Below are positions 1 to 9,740 of a DNA stretch of 64,000 bases, piece after piece. The notes under the pieces are model-generated. The model searched no databases. It was not told where the DNA came from and saw nothing but the letters and a program-made list of their open reading frames with translations. A program made the translations under genes and the position numbers. Source of the stretch: Kiritimatiellia bacterium (GTDB lineage Bacteria > Verrucomicrobiota > Kiritimatiellia > RFP12 > UBA1067); NCBI GenBank assembly GCA_050949565.1, contig JBMNFY010000010.1, forward strand, positions 96,001-160,000, in the 5' to 3' direction. The stretch's first letter is position 1. Every line of letters begins with the position of its first letter.

Positions 1-29
1 TTCTCGATGTGCGACATGTAGTTTGACAT
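1..29 (-). CDS. 5' end of a gene running off the window edge (MSNYMSHIE...)
   Basis: ATG at 29 on the minus strand with a GAGGAG RBS just upstream; divergent from gltX; too short to assign a product. Confidence 0.5.
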
Positions 30-241
30 TTTTCTACTCCTCGATTGTATGATGCTGAGGCTCCAACTTGGTCCACGTAAACCTTTACACGACCATAGCC
101 CCATGATACGAGGGGATGTGCCATTAGGGCAAGCGCAATTATTGTAAAATTACCCGCCGTAACTCCCCGCTTGTCTCGCGGGAGGCGGGAGGGTACACTG
201 ACACTGCTTAAATGGTGAGAGGTTCGTGCCCCTCGCTTGCA

Positions 242-294
242 GGTGTGGCACGGGCATCTTGCCCGTGTTTCATGGGCGGGACGCCCATGCCACG
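242..294 (+). repeat. REP-like double palindrome (GTGGCACGGGCATCTTGCCCGTG...CATGGGCGGGACGCCCATGCCAC)
   Basis: Near-identical copies at 22593-22645 (-), 29388-29440, 29444-29496 and 45485-45537. Confidence 0.85.
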
Positions 295-330
295 AGGTTT
301 TTTGCGAGAGATTTCAAAGGAGTTTTTAAG

Positions 331-1662
331 ATGTCTGTCAGAGTCCGTTTTGCGCCGAGTCCCACCGGCAACGTCCATATCGGTAACATCCGTGCGGCTA
401 TCTTCAACTGGCTGTTCGCACGCCATGCCGGCGGCAAGTTTCTGCTGCGGGTGGAGGATACGGACCGCGAACGCTCGACACAGGCGGCGATTGATACGCT
501 GCTCGATTGCATGCGCTGGCTGGGATTGGACTATGACGAGCCGGAGGTTTATCAGAGCCAGCAGATCGCACGGCATCTGGCGGTGGCGGAGGATCTGGTC
601 AACCGCGGACTGGCCTACAAGGATAACAAGGGCGGCGGCGGTGAGTGTGTGATTTTCCGTATGCCCAAGACGGGATGCCTCGCGTATACCGACTTGGTCA
701 AGGGTACGATCAAAAAGAAGGCGGAGGATACGCAGGATTTCGTGATTGTGCGCTCGGACGGCACGCCGGTGTTCCACCTCTCGAATGTGGTCGACGACAT
801 CGACATGGGCATCACGCATGTGATTCGCGGTGACGATCATGTGGAGAACACCTTCAAGCATATTGAGTTGTTCAAGGCGATGGGGGCAGCGGTGCCGCAG
901 TACGCGCACCTGCCGATGATCGTCAACAACCAAGGGAAGCCCTATTCCAAGCGTGATGGAGCGGCCTTTGTGGGCGAGTTCAGGGAGCAGGGCTATCTGC
1001 CTGAGGCGCTTTTCAATTTCCTGTTGCTGCTGGGATGGGCACCGGGCGATGACCGCGAGGTGTTGACGCGTGATGAGATGATCGAACTGTTCACGCTCGA
1101 ACGCTGCAAATCGAGCGCGGCGCGTTTCGACCTCAAAAAGCTGATATGGATGAACGGCGAGTATATCCGTCGGCAGCCGCGCGAGGTGTACGCGGCGGAG
1201 TTCACGGCGCGCGTTGAGGCGGCCGGACTGTCGGTCGAAGGGCGGGATCTGGACGGCATTCTGGATCAGATGCAGGTGCGTACCAAGTTCTACTCCGAGA
1301 TACCGGGGTCATGTTCCTACTTCTTTACGGAGGAGTATCCGTTCGATGAAAAGGGCGTGGCGAAGCGGCTGAAGGTCGATGGCGTGCCTGAACTGCTGGA
1401 CGAAGTGGCACAACGGTATGAGGCGTTGCCGAGCTTCGATGTGCAGAGTACACACGAGGTGCTGATTGCGATGGGCGAGGAGCGCGGCGTCGGTCTGGGC
1501 GCGTTGGTGCATCCGGTGCGTGTCGCGGTTTCGGGGATGACCGAAGGTCCGGGGCTCTTCGAGATGCTGGTGCTGATCGGTCGCGATTCGGTCTGCGCAC
1601 GGCTGCGCCGCGTGGCACAGCGGTTGCGTGACGACACGCTCCCCGACGAGGGAAAGCAGTGA
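331..1662 (+). CDS. gltX: glutamate--tRNA ligase
   Basis: VRFAPSPTG, HIGN, LRVEDTD, THVIRGDDH and the KMSKS-equivalent KPYSKR; AGGAG RBS before ATG 331. Confidence 0.95.
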   Translation: MSVRVRFAPSPTGNVHIGNIRAAIFNWLFARHAGGKFLLRVEDTDRERSTQAAIDTLLDCMRWLGLDYDEPEVYQSQQIARHLAVAEDLVNRGLAYKDNKGGGGECVIFRMPKTGCLAYTDLVKGTIKKKAEDTQDFVIVRSDGTPVFHLSNVVDDIDMGITHVIRGDDHVENTFKHIELFKAMGAAVPQYAHLPMIVNNQGKPYSKRDGAAFVGEFREQGYLPEALFNFLLLLGWAPGDDREVLTRDEMIELFTLERCKSSAARFDLKKLIWMNGEYIRRQPREVYAAEFTARVEAAGLSVEGRDLDGILDQMQVRTKFYSEIPGSCSYFFTEEYPFDEKGVAKRLKVDGVPELLDEVAQRYEALPSFDVQSTHEVLIAMGEERGVGLGALVHPVRVAVSGMTEGPGLFEMLVLIGRDSVCARLRRVAQRLRDDTLPDEGKQ

Positions 1663-2010
1663 GTCGGGGGCGTCCTCGCCCGAAACAACGTGTCTTGCGT
1701 AAGACTGGTGCGCACACAGGCTCGGTTTCAGGTTTCTTTTTTTGACATGATTGACATGATTAACATGATTTGGAGAGCGAGTGTCCCCACGAGCCGCCGG
1801 GGCGCGGCAATGGAGGGCGAGTGTCCTCACGAGCCGCCTTCCGCTGTGCGGAAGGATGATGGACTCAAACCCCATTGCGGAGCACTGGGAGGGGCAAGCG
1901 TCTGCTTGCCCGCGGACGAGCAGACGCTCGTCCCTCCCGCCCAGCGGCGGTCACACCGCTGCCCCAAAAAACTCTGCGTCTCTGCGCCTCTGCGTTAAAA
2001 AAACGCTCAG
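1661..2010. repeat. mosaic intergenic repeat (copy of the composite element family)
   Basis: Collinear similarity with 17955-18250: cgtcctcgcccg..caacgtgtc, gacatgattaacatgatt, gggagggg palindrome, tctgcgttaaaaaaacg. Confidence 0.75.
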
Positions 2011-2033
2011 TAACGGGAGAGGAAGGGAAAACG

Positions 2034-3143
2034 ATGACGATATCTAGGCGAAACTTTTTGGTGCGGGGCGGCGCGGCGGCTTGCGTCGGCGGTGGAGTTC
2101 TCTTAGGTATGCGCGACCGCTCGGTGGCGCATACTCCGGTGCGTTTGGGACTGGTCGGGGTAGGGGGGATCGGCCGGATCAACCTGGAACGTTTTCTCGA
2201 CATGGACGATGTTGCGGTGCGCGTGATTTGTGAGACGCATGCCGGTCGGGCGGCTGCCGCGCGGGAGTGCGTGGCCAGTCGGACTGGCGGGCGCGGCCGT
2301 TGCGAGGTGACGGACGATTACCGCGAAGTGTGCGCGCGTACGGACGTTGATGCGGTGGTGGTCGCCGTGCCCGACAGCCTGCACGCGGAGGTCGCGCTGG
2401 CGGCGGTCGCCGCAGGCAAGGCGGTGTATGGCGAGCCGCCGTTCGCGCATACGCTGGGGCAGGGGCGCGCGCTGTTGCGTGCGCTGGCGCAAGGCGGCAA
2501 CGTCTGGCAGACCGGCGCGCATCTGCGGGGCGAACCGGCGTTTCGACGCGCGGTGGCGGCGGTGCGCGGCGGACGCATCGGGCGCGTGACGCGGATTGAG
2601 GTGGGGCTGGCGGGCGGCGGACGCGGGCCGGCGGGATGGAGCGGCGACACGGACGGCGGCGCGTATCACTGGCGCTGGATCAGCGCACTGGGCGGTGGCA
2701 GCTTGGCGGAAGGGATCGTGCATTACGGCGACATTGCGCTGTGGGGCGCGGGCAAGGAGACGGAAATGCCGATGTCGGTCGTCGGGCAGGGCGAGTTCCC
2801 GCGCGACGGGGTTTTCGACACTGCGACCTCGTTCCGCTTCCTGTGTACCTACCGCGACGGCCTTGAGTTGGAAGTAGCGGATGGCGGTCGGCTCGAAAAG
2901 GGCATCGGCGTGCGGTGGATCGGTGCGGACGGCGCGTGGATCTGGGTGACGCGCGGTGCGATCGCGGCGTCGGCCGACGGGCTGTTGGCAGGGCTGCCGC
3001 CCGCCGCGCTGCGTCCGGTCGATCTCCGGCGCGATTTTATCGAGGCGGTTAGGGATCGGCGACCGGCGTGCGTGCCGCCGGTGGCGGCGTTCCACGCGGC
3101 GGCGCTGGGACAGCTAGGCGACCGCGCCATGCGGGGTGCCTGA
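2034..3143 (+). CDS. Gfo/Idh/MocA family oxidoreductase, Tat-exported
   Basis: SRRNFL twin-arginine signal, GLVGVGGIG Rossmann motif, DVDAVVVAVPD; the EKP motif is altered to EPP. Confidence 0.8.
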   Translation: MTISRRNFLVRGGAAACVGGGVLLGMRDRSVAHTPVRLGLVGVGGIGRINLERFLDMDDVAVRVICETHAGRAAAARECVASRTGGRGRCEVTDDYREVCARTDVDAVVVAVPDSLHAEVALAAVAAGKAVYGEPPFAHTLGQGRALLRALAQGGNVWQTGAHLRGEPAFRRAVAAVRGGRIGRVTRIEVGLAGGGRGPAGWSGDTDGGAYHWRWISALGGGSLAEGIVHYGDIALWGAGKETEMPMSVVGQGEFPRDGVFDTATSFRFLCTYRDGLELEVADGGRLEKGIGVRWIGADGAWIWVTRGAIAASADGLLAGLPPAALRPVDLRRDFIEAVRDRRPACVPPVAAFHAAALGQLGDRAMRGA

Positions 3144-3167
3144 ACAGGAATGTGTGGGAGACGACGT

Positions 3168-3464
3168 ATGAAGATGGTGATGGCGGTCTATAACATCGGT
3201 GTGGACGGAGAGGTCATGGCCGCGATGGACGAGTTGGGCGTGAGTTGTTTCACCAAGATCCCGCGCGTGGTGGGCAAAGGCAAGACCACTGGGCCGCGGC
3301 TGGATGATGCGGTGTGGCCCGGTGCCAACACGATCGCACTTTTTGTGCTGCCCGATGAGCAGGCAAAGGTTGTGATGGGGGCTTTTGCGCATCTGCGCGC
3401 GACCATCGGCAAGAAAGCCGGCGTCAAAGCCTTCCTGCTGGGGATCGAGGGGATGACCGCGTGA
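3168..3464 (+). CDS. P-II-like (PG0541 family) small protein
   Basis: FTKIPRVVGKG...GPRLDDAVWPGAN signature, about 98 aa. Confidence 0.7.
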   Translation: MKMVMAVYNIGVDGEVMAAMDELGVSCFTKIPRVVGKGKTTGPRLDDAVWPGANTIALFVLPDEQAKVVMGAFAHLRATIGKKAGVKAFLLGIEGMTA

Positions 3465-3652
3465 GATTCAACGGCGTTGAATCTCATGCGAAGGAGGATT
3501 TAGGAGGGAGGATTTAGGAGTTTTGTTGCGACCACGCAGTGGTTCGCAACGGCGAGAGTAGAAGCATTGCTCTGTATTTGGACATTGTGGACGTCGTTGA
3601 CCTTATGGACAGGACTCAACTCCTAAATCCTAACTCCTAAATCCTAAATTCT

Positions 3653-3690
3653 AAACCTCCCCGCGCGATTTGTCGCGCGGGGGAGGTTTT
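3653..3690 (+). terminator. GC-rich hairpin, probable intrinsic terminator
   Basis: AAACCTCCCCGCGCGA-ttg-TCGCGCGGGGGAGGTTTT. Confidence 0.55.
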
Positions 3691-3806
3691 GCATCGACTT
3701 TGACCGTAAAATCCTCAATGATATGCAACTTAACCACGGGTAACCTGTGCGCCGCTGACTGTTCGGCGGAGTACGAGCAGGGAATGTCTTGATTGGGTGA
3801 ACGATC

Positions 3807-5021
3807 ATGAAACAGTTCGAGTATGTAGAGGGCGGCGTGACCGCAGCGCAGGGCTTCCGCGCGTGCGGTGTGGCGGCAGGCATCAAGCATAAGGACCGCA
3901 AGGACTTAGCGCTGGTGGTGGCAGATGCGCCGACGGCGGTTGCGGCGGTCTACACCACGAACAAGGTGGCTGCGGCACCGGTGCAGATCGACCGCGAGCG
4001 CACCCGTTCGGGACAGGCTCAGGCGGTGGTGGTGAACAGCGGCTGCGCGAACGCCTGCACTGGCGAGACCGGATTGCAGGACGCGCGCGAAATGGCCCGC
4101 CTGACCGGTGAGGCGCTGGGCATCGACGAGCAACTCGTACTGGTCTGCTCGACCGGTGTGATCGGTGCGCTTCTGCCGATGGAACGCATTGCGGCGGGCA
4201 TCAAGGAGGCAGCCGGTGCCTTGAGCCCGACGGGCGGCAGTGATGCCGCGCACGCGATCATGACGACCGATACCGTGGACAAGCAGGTGGCGGTGGAGTT
4301 GGAGATCGACGGCAAGACGGTGATGATCGGCGGCATGTGCAAGGGTTCCGGCATGATTGAGCCGAACATGGCGACGATGCTGGGGTTCATCACGACCGAC
4401 GCGGCGGTACACCACAAGGCGCTCGACCAGGCTTTGCGTGAGGCGGTGGAGGTGAGTTTTAACCGTGTTGTGGTGGATGGCGACCGCAGTACCAACGATA
4501 CGGTGATCCTGATGGCCAGCGGTGTGGCAGGAAACGAGACGTTGACGCCCTATCATTCGCAGTGGCAGTATTTTGTGGACGCGCTGAAGACGGTTTGTCT
4601 CGAACTCGGCAAGAAGATGGTCATGGATGGCGAGGGCGCGACCAAATTTGTGACGGTGCGTGTGCGCGGTGCAAGGACGGTACAGGACGCGCAGGTAGCG
4701 GCGCGCGCTATAGCCAAATCTGCATTGGTCAAAACCTCGTGGTTCGGGCTCGATCCCAACTGGGGGCGCGTGATCGCGGCGGTCGGCTATTCCGGCGCGG
4801 AGGTCGATGACCAGAAGGCACAGATTTATTACGGCGACATCTGCGCGTATGACCAAGGGCGCGTGGCGGACAAGGCGCTGCTCACGGCTATGCAGGATGT
4901 GATGCGCAAACGGGCTTTTGAGGTGACAGTGGATCTGCACCTCGGCGAGGGCGAGGATACGATTTACACGTGTGATCTCTCGTACGATTACGTGAAGATC
5001 AACGCCGAATACACGACGTGA
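3807..5021 (+). CDS. argJ: bifunctional ornithine acetyltransferase / N-acetylglutamate synthase
   Basis: NSGCANACTG, STGVIG, KGSGMIEPNMATML, DGDRSTND, DGEGATK, DPNWGR. Confidence 0.96.
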   Translation: MKQFEYVEGGVTAAQGFRACGVAAGIKHKDRKDLALVVADAPTAVAAVYTTNKVAAAPVQIDRERTRSGQAQAVVVNSGCANACTGETGLQDAREMARLTGEALGIDEQLVLVCSTGVIGALLPMERIAAGIKEAAGALSPTGGSDAAHAIMTTDTVDKQVAVELEIDGKTVMIGGMCKGSGMIEPNMATMLGFITTDAAVHHKALDQALREAVEVSFNRVVVDGDRSTNDTVILMASGVAGNETLTPYHSQWQYFVDALKTVCLELGKKMVMDGEGATKFVTVRVRGARTVQDAQVAARAIAKSALVKTSWFGLDPNWGRVIAAVGYSGAEVDDQKAQIYYGDICAYDQGRVADKALLTAMQDVMRKRAFEVTVDLHLGEGEDTIYTCDLSYDYVKINAEYTT

Positions 5022-5042
5022 GTTGAGTGGCGGAAGAGCGGC

Positions 5043-5582
5043 ATGACGCAGAAGGCATTTTACGATTGGCAGACAGCGGGCGGAGGTGGGGACGTGATGC
5101 GTCTCGTCTCCGTGCTCGAACGGCTGGATGTGCCTTGGTGCGTGATCGGCGGTATCGCGGTCAACCACTGGGCGGAAGAGCCGATGGTGACGGCTGATGT
5201 CGATCTGGTGATTGCTCTGGATCGCGTCGAGGAGGCGGTCAGCGCGTTGGAGAAAGAGGGATTTAAAGCGGAGCGTTTCCCTGGGTCGATCAATTTGAAG
5301 GGCAGCTCGAAGGTCAGTGTCCAGATTTCCACCGAAGAGCGCTATCGGCAGTTTCCGGCGCGCGCCGTGGCTGCGGATGTGTGGGGCATGCTGATGCGCG
5401 TGGCTTCGCTGGAAGATACGCTGGCGGGTAAGCTAGCCGCGTATGTCGATGAAAGTCGGCGGCCCAGTAAGCGGCAGAAGGATTGGCTGGATATCCTGCG
5501 CTTGGTCGAGAGCCATCCGGAACTTGCGGATAGGTTGCCGGACGAGGTCAGAACAAAACTGAAGGAGGTTGGGCCATGTTAA
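5043..5582 (+). CDS. nucleotidyltransferase-fold protein (AbiEii/DUF6036-like)
   Basis: VIGGIAV...TADVDL motif, SLEDTLAGKL, RPSKRQKDWLD. Confidence 0.65.
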   Translation: MTQKAFYDWQTAGGGGDVMRLVSVLERLDVPWCVIGGIAVNHWAEEPMVTADVDLVIALDRVEEAVSALEKEGFKAERFPGSINLKGSSKVSVQISTEERYRQFPARAVAADVWGMLMRVASLEDTLAGKLAAYVDESRRPSKRQKDWLDILRLVESHPELADRLPDEVRTKLKEVGPC

Positions 5583-6358
5583 AAAACGCTCAACGTTCAA
5601 CGTTCAACGCTCAACGCTCACTGAGTAGCGGGCGGGGACGCCCGCGCTCCCGAACTTGGCACAGCGTAAAACACGCGCTCAACGGGTTGGCGGTTGCCGT
5701 CTGTCTGTTGTTTATCTCCGCATGTCGTACGTCCACGCCGGAGGCGGGGCGGTATCAGTGGTTTTTTGTGCCTAGGGACGCGGACAGAACAGATCGCATA
5801 CTTGTAGCCGATACGGTTACAGGAGAGGTGGCCGAATGGAATGGGGTTTCCTGGTCGTTCTCCGATATGGCACCGCGTTCGACGCCCGATTGGGAGGCCC
5901 TCCGTGCTGTACGAGAAAGCCTGATCAAACAGCGCGAAGAGCGAGAAAAACAGGCTAAAGAAGCCCGTGAGAAACGTGTTGCTCTTGCCAAGCAATACGC
6001 GCAGATGCCGCTTGAAAAACAGGTGGCTTGGGCAGAGATGATTAGCGTTGTAAAAGTCAGCATTAGCAAGAGGCTACACAGTTATCCTGGGATTAAAATT
6101 GAGCCCTTGGAGTCCTTAAAGCGCGAGGGTGGCTTGGATCCGCCTTGCAGGCGGCAATCCTACAAGGCCACCGATGAGGGGCTTGCTGTGCGGTTTAATG
6201 GGATGGTGGACGGCGAACCGATCATGTTCTGTCTGTCACCCACGCCTACCAACATTGAGAATGTTTTCGCCGCGCCGTCGACGATCATTGACGACGTGAA
6301 AGCGGAGATCAAGCGGCAAGAGGAAAAGCAGAAAGATGTGCATGAAGCAGTTTATTGA
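5576..6358 (+). CDS. hypothetical lipoprotein (true start uncertain, probably downstream of the repeat at 5588-5680)
   Basis: LAVAVCLLFISA-C lipobox-like sequence followed by a coiled-coil; the first ~30 codons are repeat DNA; visibly lower GC than neighbours. Confidence 0.5.
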   Translation: MLKNAQRSTFNAQRSLSSGRGRPRSRTWHSVKHALNGLAVAVCLLFISACRTSTPEAGRYQWFFVPRDADRTDRILVADTVTGEVAEWNGVSWSFSDMAPRSTPDWEALRAVRESLIKQREEREKQAKEAREKRVALAKQYAQMPLEKQVAWAEMISVVKVSISKRLHSYPGIKIEPLESLKREGGLDPPCRRQSYKATDEGLAVRFNGMVDGEPIMFCLSPTPTNIENVFAAPSTIIDDVKAEIKRQEEKQKDVHEAVY

Positions 6359-7220
6359 AAAGGCGGCGGTGTTGACCGAGGCACTGCCGTACATTCAGGA
6401 TTTCAAAGGCTCGGTCGTGCTGGTGAAGGTCGGCGGCAGTGTCATGGAGGTTGAGGAGAACCTCGATCGGCTGCTGACAGACATCGCGTTCATGAACGCG
6501 GTAGGCATGAAGACGGTGCTGGTGCATGGCGGCGGCAAGGCGATCTCGCGCGGCATGGAGGCTGCGGGCGTCACGCCGCAGTTCGTGCAGGGTCTGCGCG
6601 TCACCACCGAGGAGGCCATGCGGGTCGTCGAGCGGGTGATCAAGGATGAGGTGAACGCCAAGGTGGTGCGGATGTTGCAGCGGCACTTTGCGAACGCGCG
6701 CCCGTTGCACGGCGATTGGATTTTCGGCGTCGTGAAGAAGACCGGGACTGATCCGGTCAGCGGAGCGGAGTTGGATTGGGGATTTGTAGGCGAGCCGGTG
6801 TCGGTCGACACCCGGCCGGTCGCGGAGATGCTGGATGCGGGCATTGTGCCGGTGGTGACGCCGCTGGGTACGGGGCCGGACGGCAAGGTGTATAACGTCA
6901 ACGCGGATACGGCGGCGGCGGCTTTGGCCAAAGCCATGAAGGTGCGCAAGTTGGCGTTTGTCTCGGATGTGCCGGGGCTATTGATGGACATGAATGACCC
7001 CACGTCGTTGCTGGCTACACTGCGGATCGGCAGTGTGCGCAAGCTGAAGGAGACCGGCGTTGTGGGCGGCGGCATGTTGCCGAAGCTGGACAGTTGCGTG
7101 GAGGCGATCCAGGCCGGTGTGGGCAAGGTCCACTTGGTCGATGGCCGCATGCCGCATTCACTGTTGTTGGAGATTTTTACGAAAAAAGGTGTAGGAACGG
7201 AGATTATTGCAGATGAGTAA
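6342..7220 (+). CDS. argB: acetylglutamate kinase
   Basis: EALPYIQ, VKVGGS, VHGGG, GLRVT, NVNAD, GGMLPKL. Confidence 0.95.
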   Translation: MKQFIEKAAVLTEALPYIQDFKGSVVLVKVGGSVMEVEENLDRLLTDIAFMNAVGMKTVLVHGGGKAISRGMEAAGVTPQFVQGLRVTTEEAMRVVERVIKDEVNAKVVRMLQRHFANARPLHGDWIFGVVKKTGTDPVSGAELDWGFVGEPVSVDTRPVAEMLDAGIVPVVTPLGTGPDGKVYNVNADTAAAALAKAMKVRKLAFVSDVPGLLMDMNDPTSLLATLRIGSVRKLKETGVVGGGMLPKLDSCVEAIQAGVGKVHLVDGRMPHSLLLEIFTKKGVGTEIIADE

Positions 7221-8412
7221 GAGTAAAGACATTGCCGCTTTGTTTAACCAGTATGTGATGCAGACCTATGCGCCGACCGCGACGATAACCAGCGGTAGCG
7301 GTTGCAAGGTGCGTGATCCGGATGGCAAGACCTATCTCGACTTCACGTCGGGCATTGCCGTACACAACGTCGGGCATTGCCATTCGACGGTGGTCAAAGC
7401 GGTTCAAGATCAGGTCGCCACGTTGGGGCACTGCTCCAATCTTTTTTACAACGCGAGTCAAGCGCTGCTGGCGCAGCGGCTCTCTAAACTTTCGCTGAAC
7501 GGCAAGTGCTTCTTCTGCAACTCCGGCGCGGAGGCTAACGAGGCGATGATCAAGCTCGCGCGCCTGTGGGGACACGAGAAGGGCAAGTTCGAGATCATCA
7601 CCATGCAGAACTCCTTCCACGGACGCACGCTCGCGACGATCGCCGCTACAGCGCAGACCAAGGTTCAGAAAGGCTTCGACCCGTTGCCGATCGGCTTCGC
7701 CTATGCGGAGTTCAACAATCTGGAGTCGGTCGCGGCAGCCGTCAACGAACGTACGGTCGGTGTGATGCTGGAGGCGGTTCAGGGCGAGGGAGGCGTGATC
7801 CCTGCCACTGAAGAGTTTATGGTCGGCGTGCGCAAGTTGTGCGATGAGAAGGGCCTGCTGATGCTGTGCGATGAGGTGCAGTGCGGTATGGGGCGCACCG
7901 GCAAGTGGTTCGGCTGGCAGAACTATTCGGTCACGCCGGATGCCTTCACGCTTGCCAAGTCGTTGGCCGACGGCATTCCGATGGGGGCGTTGATCGCTTC
8001 GCCCGCGCTGTCCGACGTCTTCACGCCGGGCACTCACGCCTCGACCTTCGGCGGTAATCCGGTGTCGAGCGCGGCAGCGATGGCGGTGCTGGATGTGATA
8101 GAGGAGGAGGAGTTGCTCAAGCGTGCCGAAGAGACCGGCGCGTTGTTTGCCGAAGGGCTGAGTCTCTTTGTCGATAAGCACAAGCAGGTGCTCGAAATCC
8201 GCGGCAAGGGCCTGATGCTCGGCATGGTGGTCGAGGGCTCCGCCAAGGAGGTCGTGGACATGTGCCGCGACATGGGGCTACTCTGCTGCGTGGCCGGTGA
8301 GCATGTGGTGCGCTTCCTGCCACCGCTGAACATCAAGGACACGGACCTTGAAGAGGCGCTGGAGATGATCGGCGATGCACTGGACGAGTTGTACGGCGAA
8401 GAAGAGAATTAG
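7213..8412 (+). CDS. argD: acetylornithine aminotransferase (class III)
   Basis: CNSGAEANE, SFHGRT, DEVQCGMGRTG, TLAKSL, HASTFGGNP; follows argB. Confidence 0.92.
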   Translation: MSKSKDIAALFNQYVMQTYAPTATITSGSGCKVRDPDGKTYLDFTSGIAVHNVGHCHSTVVKAVQDQVATLGHCSNLFYNASQALLAQRLSKLSLNGKCFFCNSGAEANEAMIKLARLWGHEKGKFEIITMQNSFHGRTLATIAATAQTKVQKGFDPLPIGFAYAEFNNLESVAAAVNERTVGVMLEAVQGEGGVIPATEEFMVGVRKLCDEKGLLMLCDEVQCGMGRTGKWFGWQNYSVTPDAFTLAKSLADGIPMGALIASPALSDVFTPGTHASTFGGNPVSSAAAMAVLDVIEEEELLKRAEETGALFAEGLSLFVDKHKQVLEIRGKGLMLGMVVEGSAKEVVDMCRDMGLLCCVAGEHVVRFLPPLNIKDTDLEEALEMIGDALDELYGEEEN

Positions 8413-8417
8413 GATTT

Positions 8418-9707
8418 ATGCGGGACAATACACGTAGGGGATTCTTGAAGGCAATGCTGGCGGCCTCGACTGCGCCGGCTTGGATTCCGTCTGCGGCGTT
8501 TGGCGCGAATGAGCGGCTTGCGCTGGCGGTGGTGGGCACGGGTGGCCGCGGTCGGCATCTGGCGCGGCAGTTCGCTAAGCTCGACGAGGCCCGCGTGGTG
8601 GCGGCCTGCGATGTGGACGCGCGCGCGCTGACGACGTGCGTCACGGAAATGCACAAGGCCTATGGTGACGCTGCCTGCGCCGGATATGCCGACTTCCGCG
8701 AGATGCTCGTGCGTCCGGGCATTGACGGCGTGATCATCGCGACCCCTGACCATTGGCATGCGCTGGTCGGCATTGCAGCGGCGAGAGCAGGCAAGCACAT
8801 CTTCTGTGAAAAGCCGCTGGCTAATTCGATCGGCGAGAGCCGCGCGTTGCGTGATGCCGTGCGCCGCGCTGGTGTGGTATTGCAGACTGGGTCGTGCGAA
8901 CGCTCCCGCGATTCGGCGCGTTATTGCTGCGAGGTGGTCCGCAACGGCTACATCGGACAACTGCATACGATGTTCATCCACCTGCCGACGGATCAGGGAC
9001 ACCATGATCAGGTGCGCCGCCACACCGTGCTACCGGCTGCCGAGACGCCGCCGATTGAACTGAACTATGACATGTGGCTCGGCCACACGCCGAAAATCCC
9101 CTACTATCCAGGATTGCATCCCGGAAGTTGGCGCTTTAATTTGAGCTTCGGTTGTGGCGAAATGTCTGACCGCGGCGCGCACGTGATTGATTTGGCGCAA
9201 CTCGGCAATAATAGCGACGGTAGCGGTCCAGTCAAGGTCTCAGCGCGCGGTTGGGATGACCAGCACGGCCTCTACAACACGCCGATGGCCTTTGAGTTTG
9301 AGAACATCTACGCCAACGGCGTCAAGATGATCGGCGGCACCACACGCAGTCCGCGCGGCGTACGTTTTGAGGGTGATGAAGGCTGGATCTTCCTGCGTAT
9401 CCACGAGGGGACGTTGGAGGCCTCTGACGAGAAACTACTGAAGCTCGATCCGGCGACCTTCAAGGTGCAACTCGGCCGTACGCGCAGCCACGAACAGAAT
9501 TTCATCGATGCGGTGAAGCGCGGCGTGCGCCCCTTCGCCGATGTGGAGATCGGGCACCGCAGTTGCACGGCTTGTCTGGTCAACATGATCTCGATGCGGC
9601 TGGGGCGTCCGCTGACCTGGGACCCGCTCAAGGAACGGTTTGTCAACGATGCCGAAGCCAATCGTTTGATGACGCCGAAGATGCGCGCGCCGTGGTCGTT
9701 GTCGTAA
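8418..9707 (+). CDS. Gfo/Idh/MocA family oxidoreductase, Tat-exported
   Basis: TRRGFL signal, GTGGRG, IATPDHWH, CEKP. Confidence 0.9.
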   Translation: MRDNTRRGFLKAMLAASTAPAWIPSAAFGANERLALAVVGTGGRGRHLARQFAKLDEARVVAACDVDARALTTCVTEMHKAYGDAACAGYADFREMLVRPGIDGVIIATPDHWHALVGIAAARAGKHIFCEKPLANSIGESRALRDAVRRAGVVLQTGSCERSRDSARYCCEVVRNGYIGQLHTMFIHLPTDQGHHDQVRRHTVLPAAETPPIELNYDMWLGHTPKIPYYPGLHPGSWRFNLSFGCGEMSDRGAHVIDLAQLGNNSDGSGPVKVSARGWDDQHGLYNTPMAFEFENIYANGVKMIGGTTRSPRGVRFEGDEGWIFLRIHEGTLEASDEKLLKLDPATFKVQLGRTRSHEQNFIDAVKRGVRPFADVEIGHRSCTACLVNMISMRLGRPLTWDPLKERFVNDAEANRLMTPKMRAPWSLS

Positions 9708-9740
9708 GCCGATGACTTTGATGGCAGGGGTTGAACCGTT

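Noticed and set aside
1690-1998. ORFs inside intergenic repeats (also 17916-18383, 22488-22907, 45300-45689)
   Set aside because: They are translations of palindromic repeat DNA and lack coding signals
3695-3806. ARG box upstream of argJ
   Set aside because: No convincing tandem palindromic match by eye
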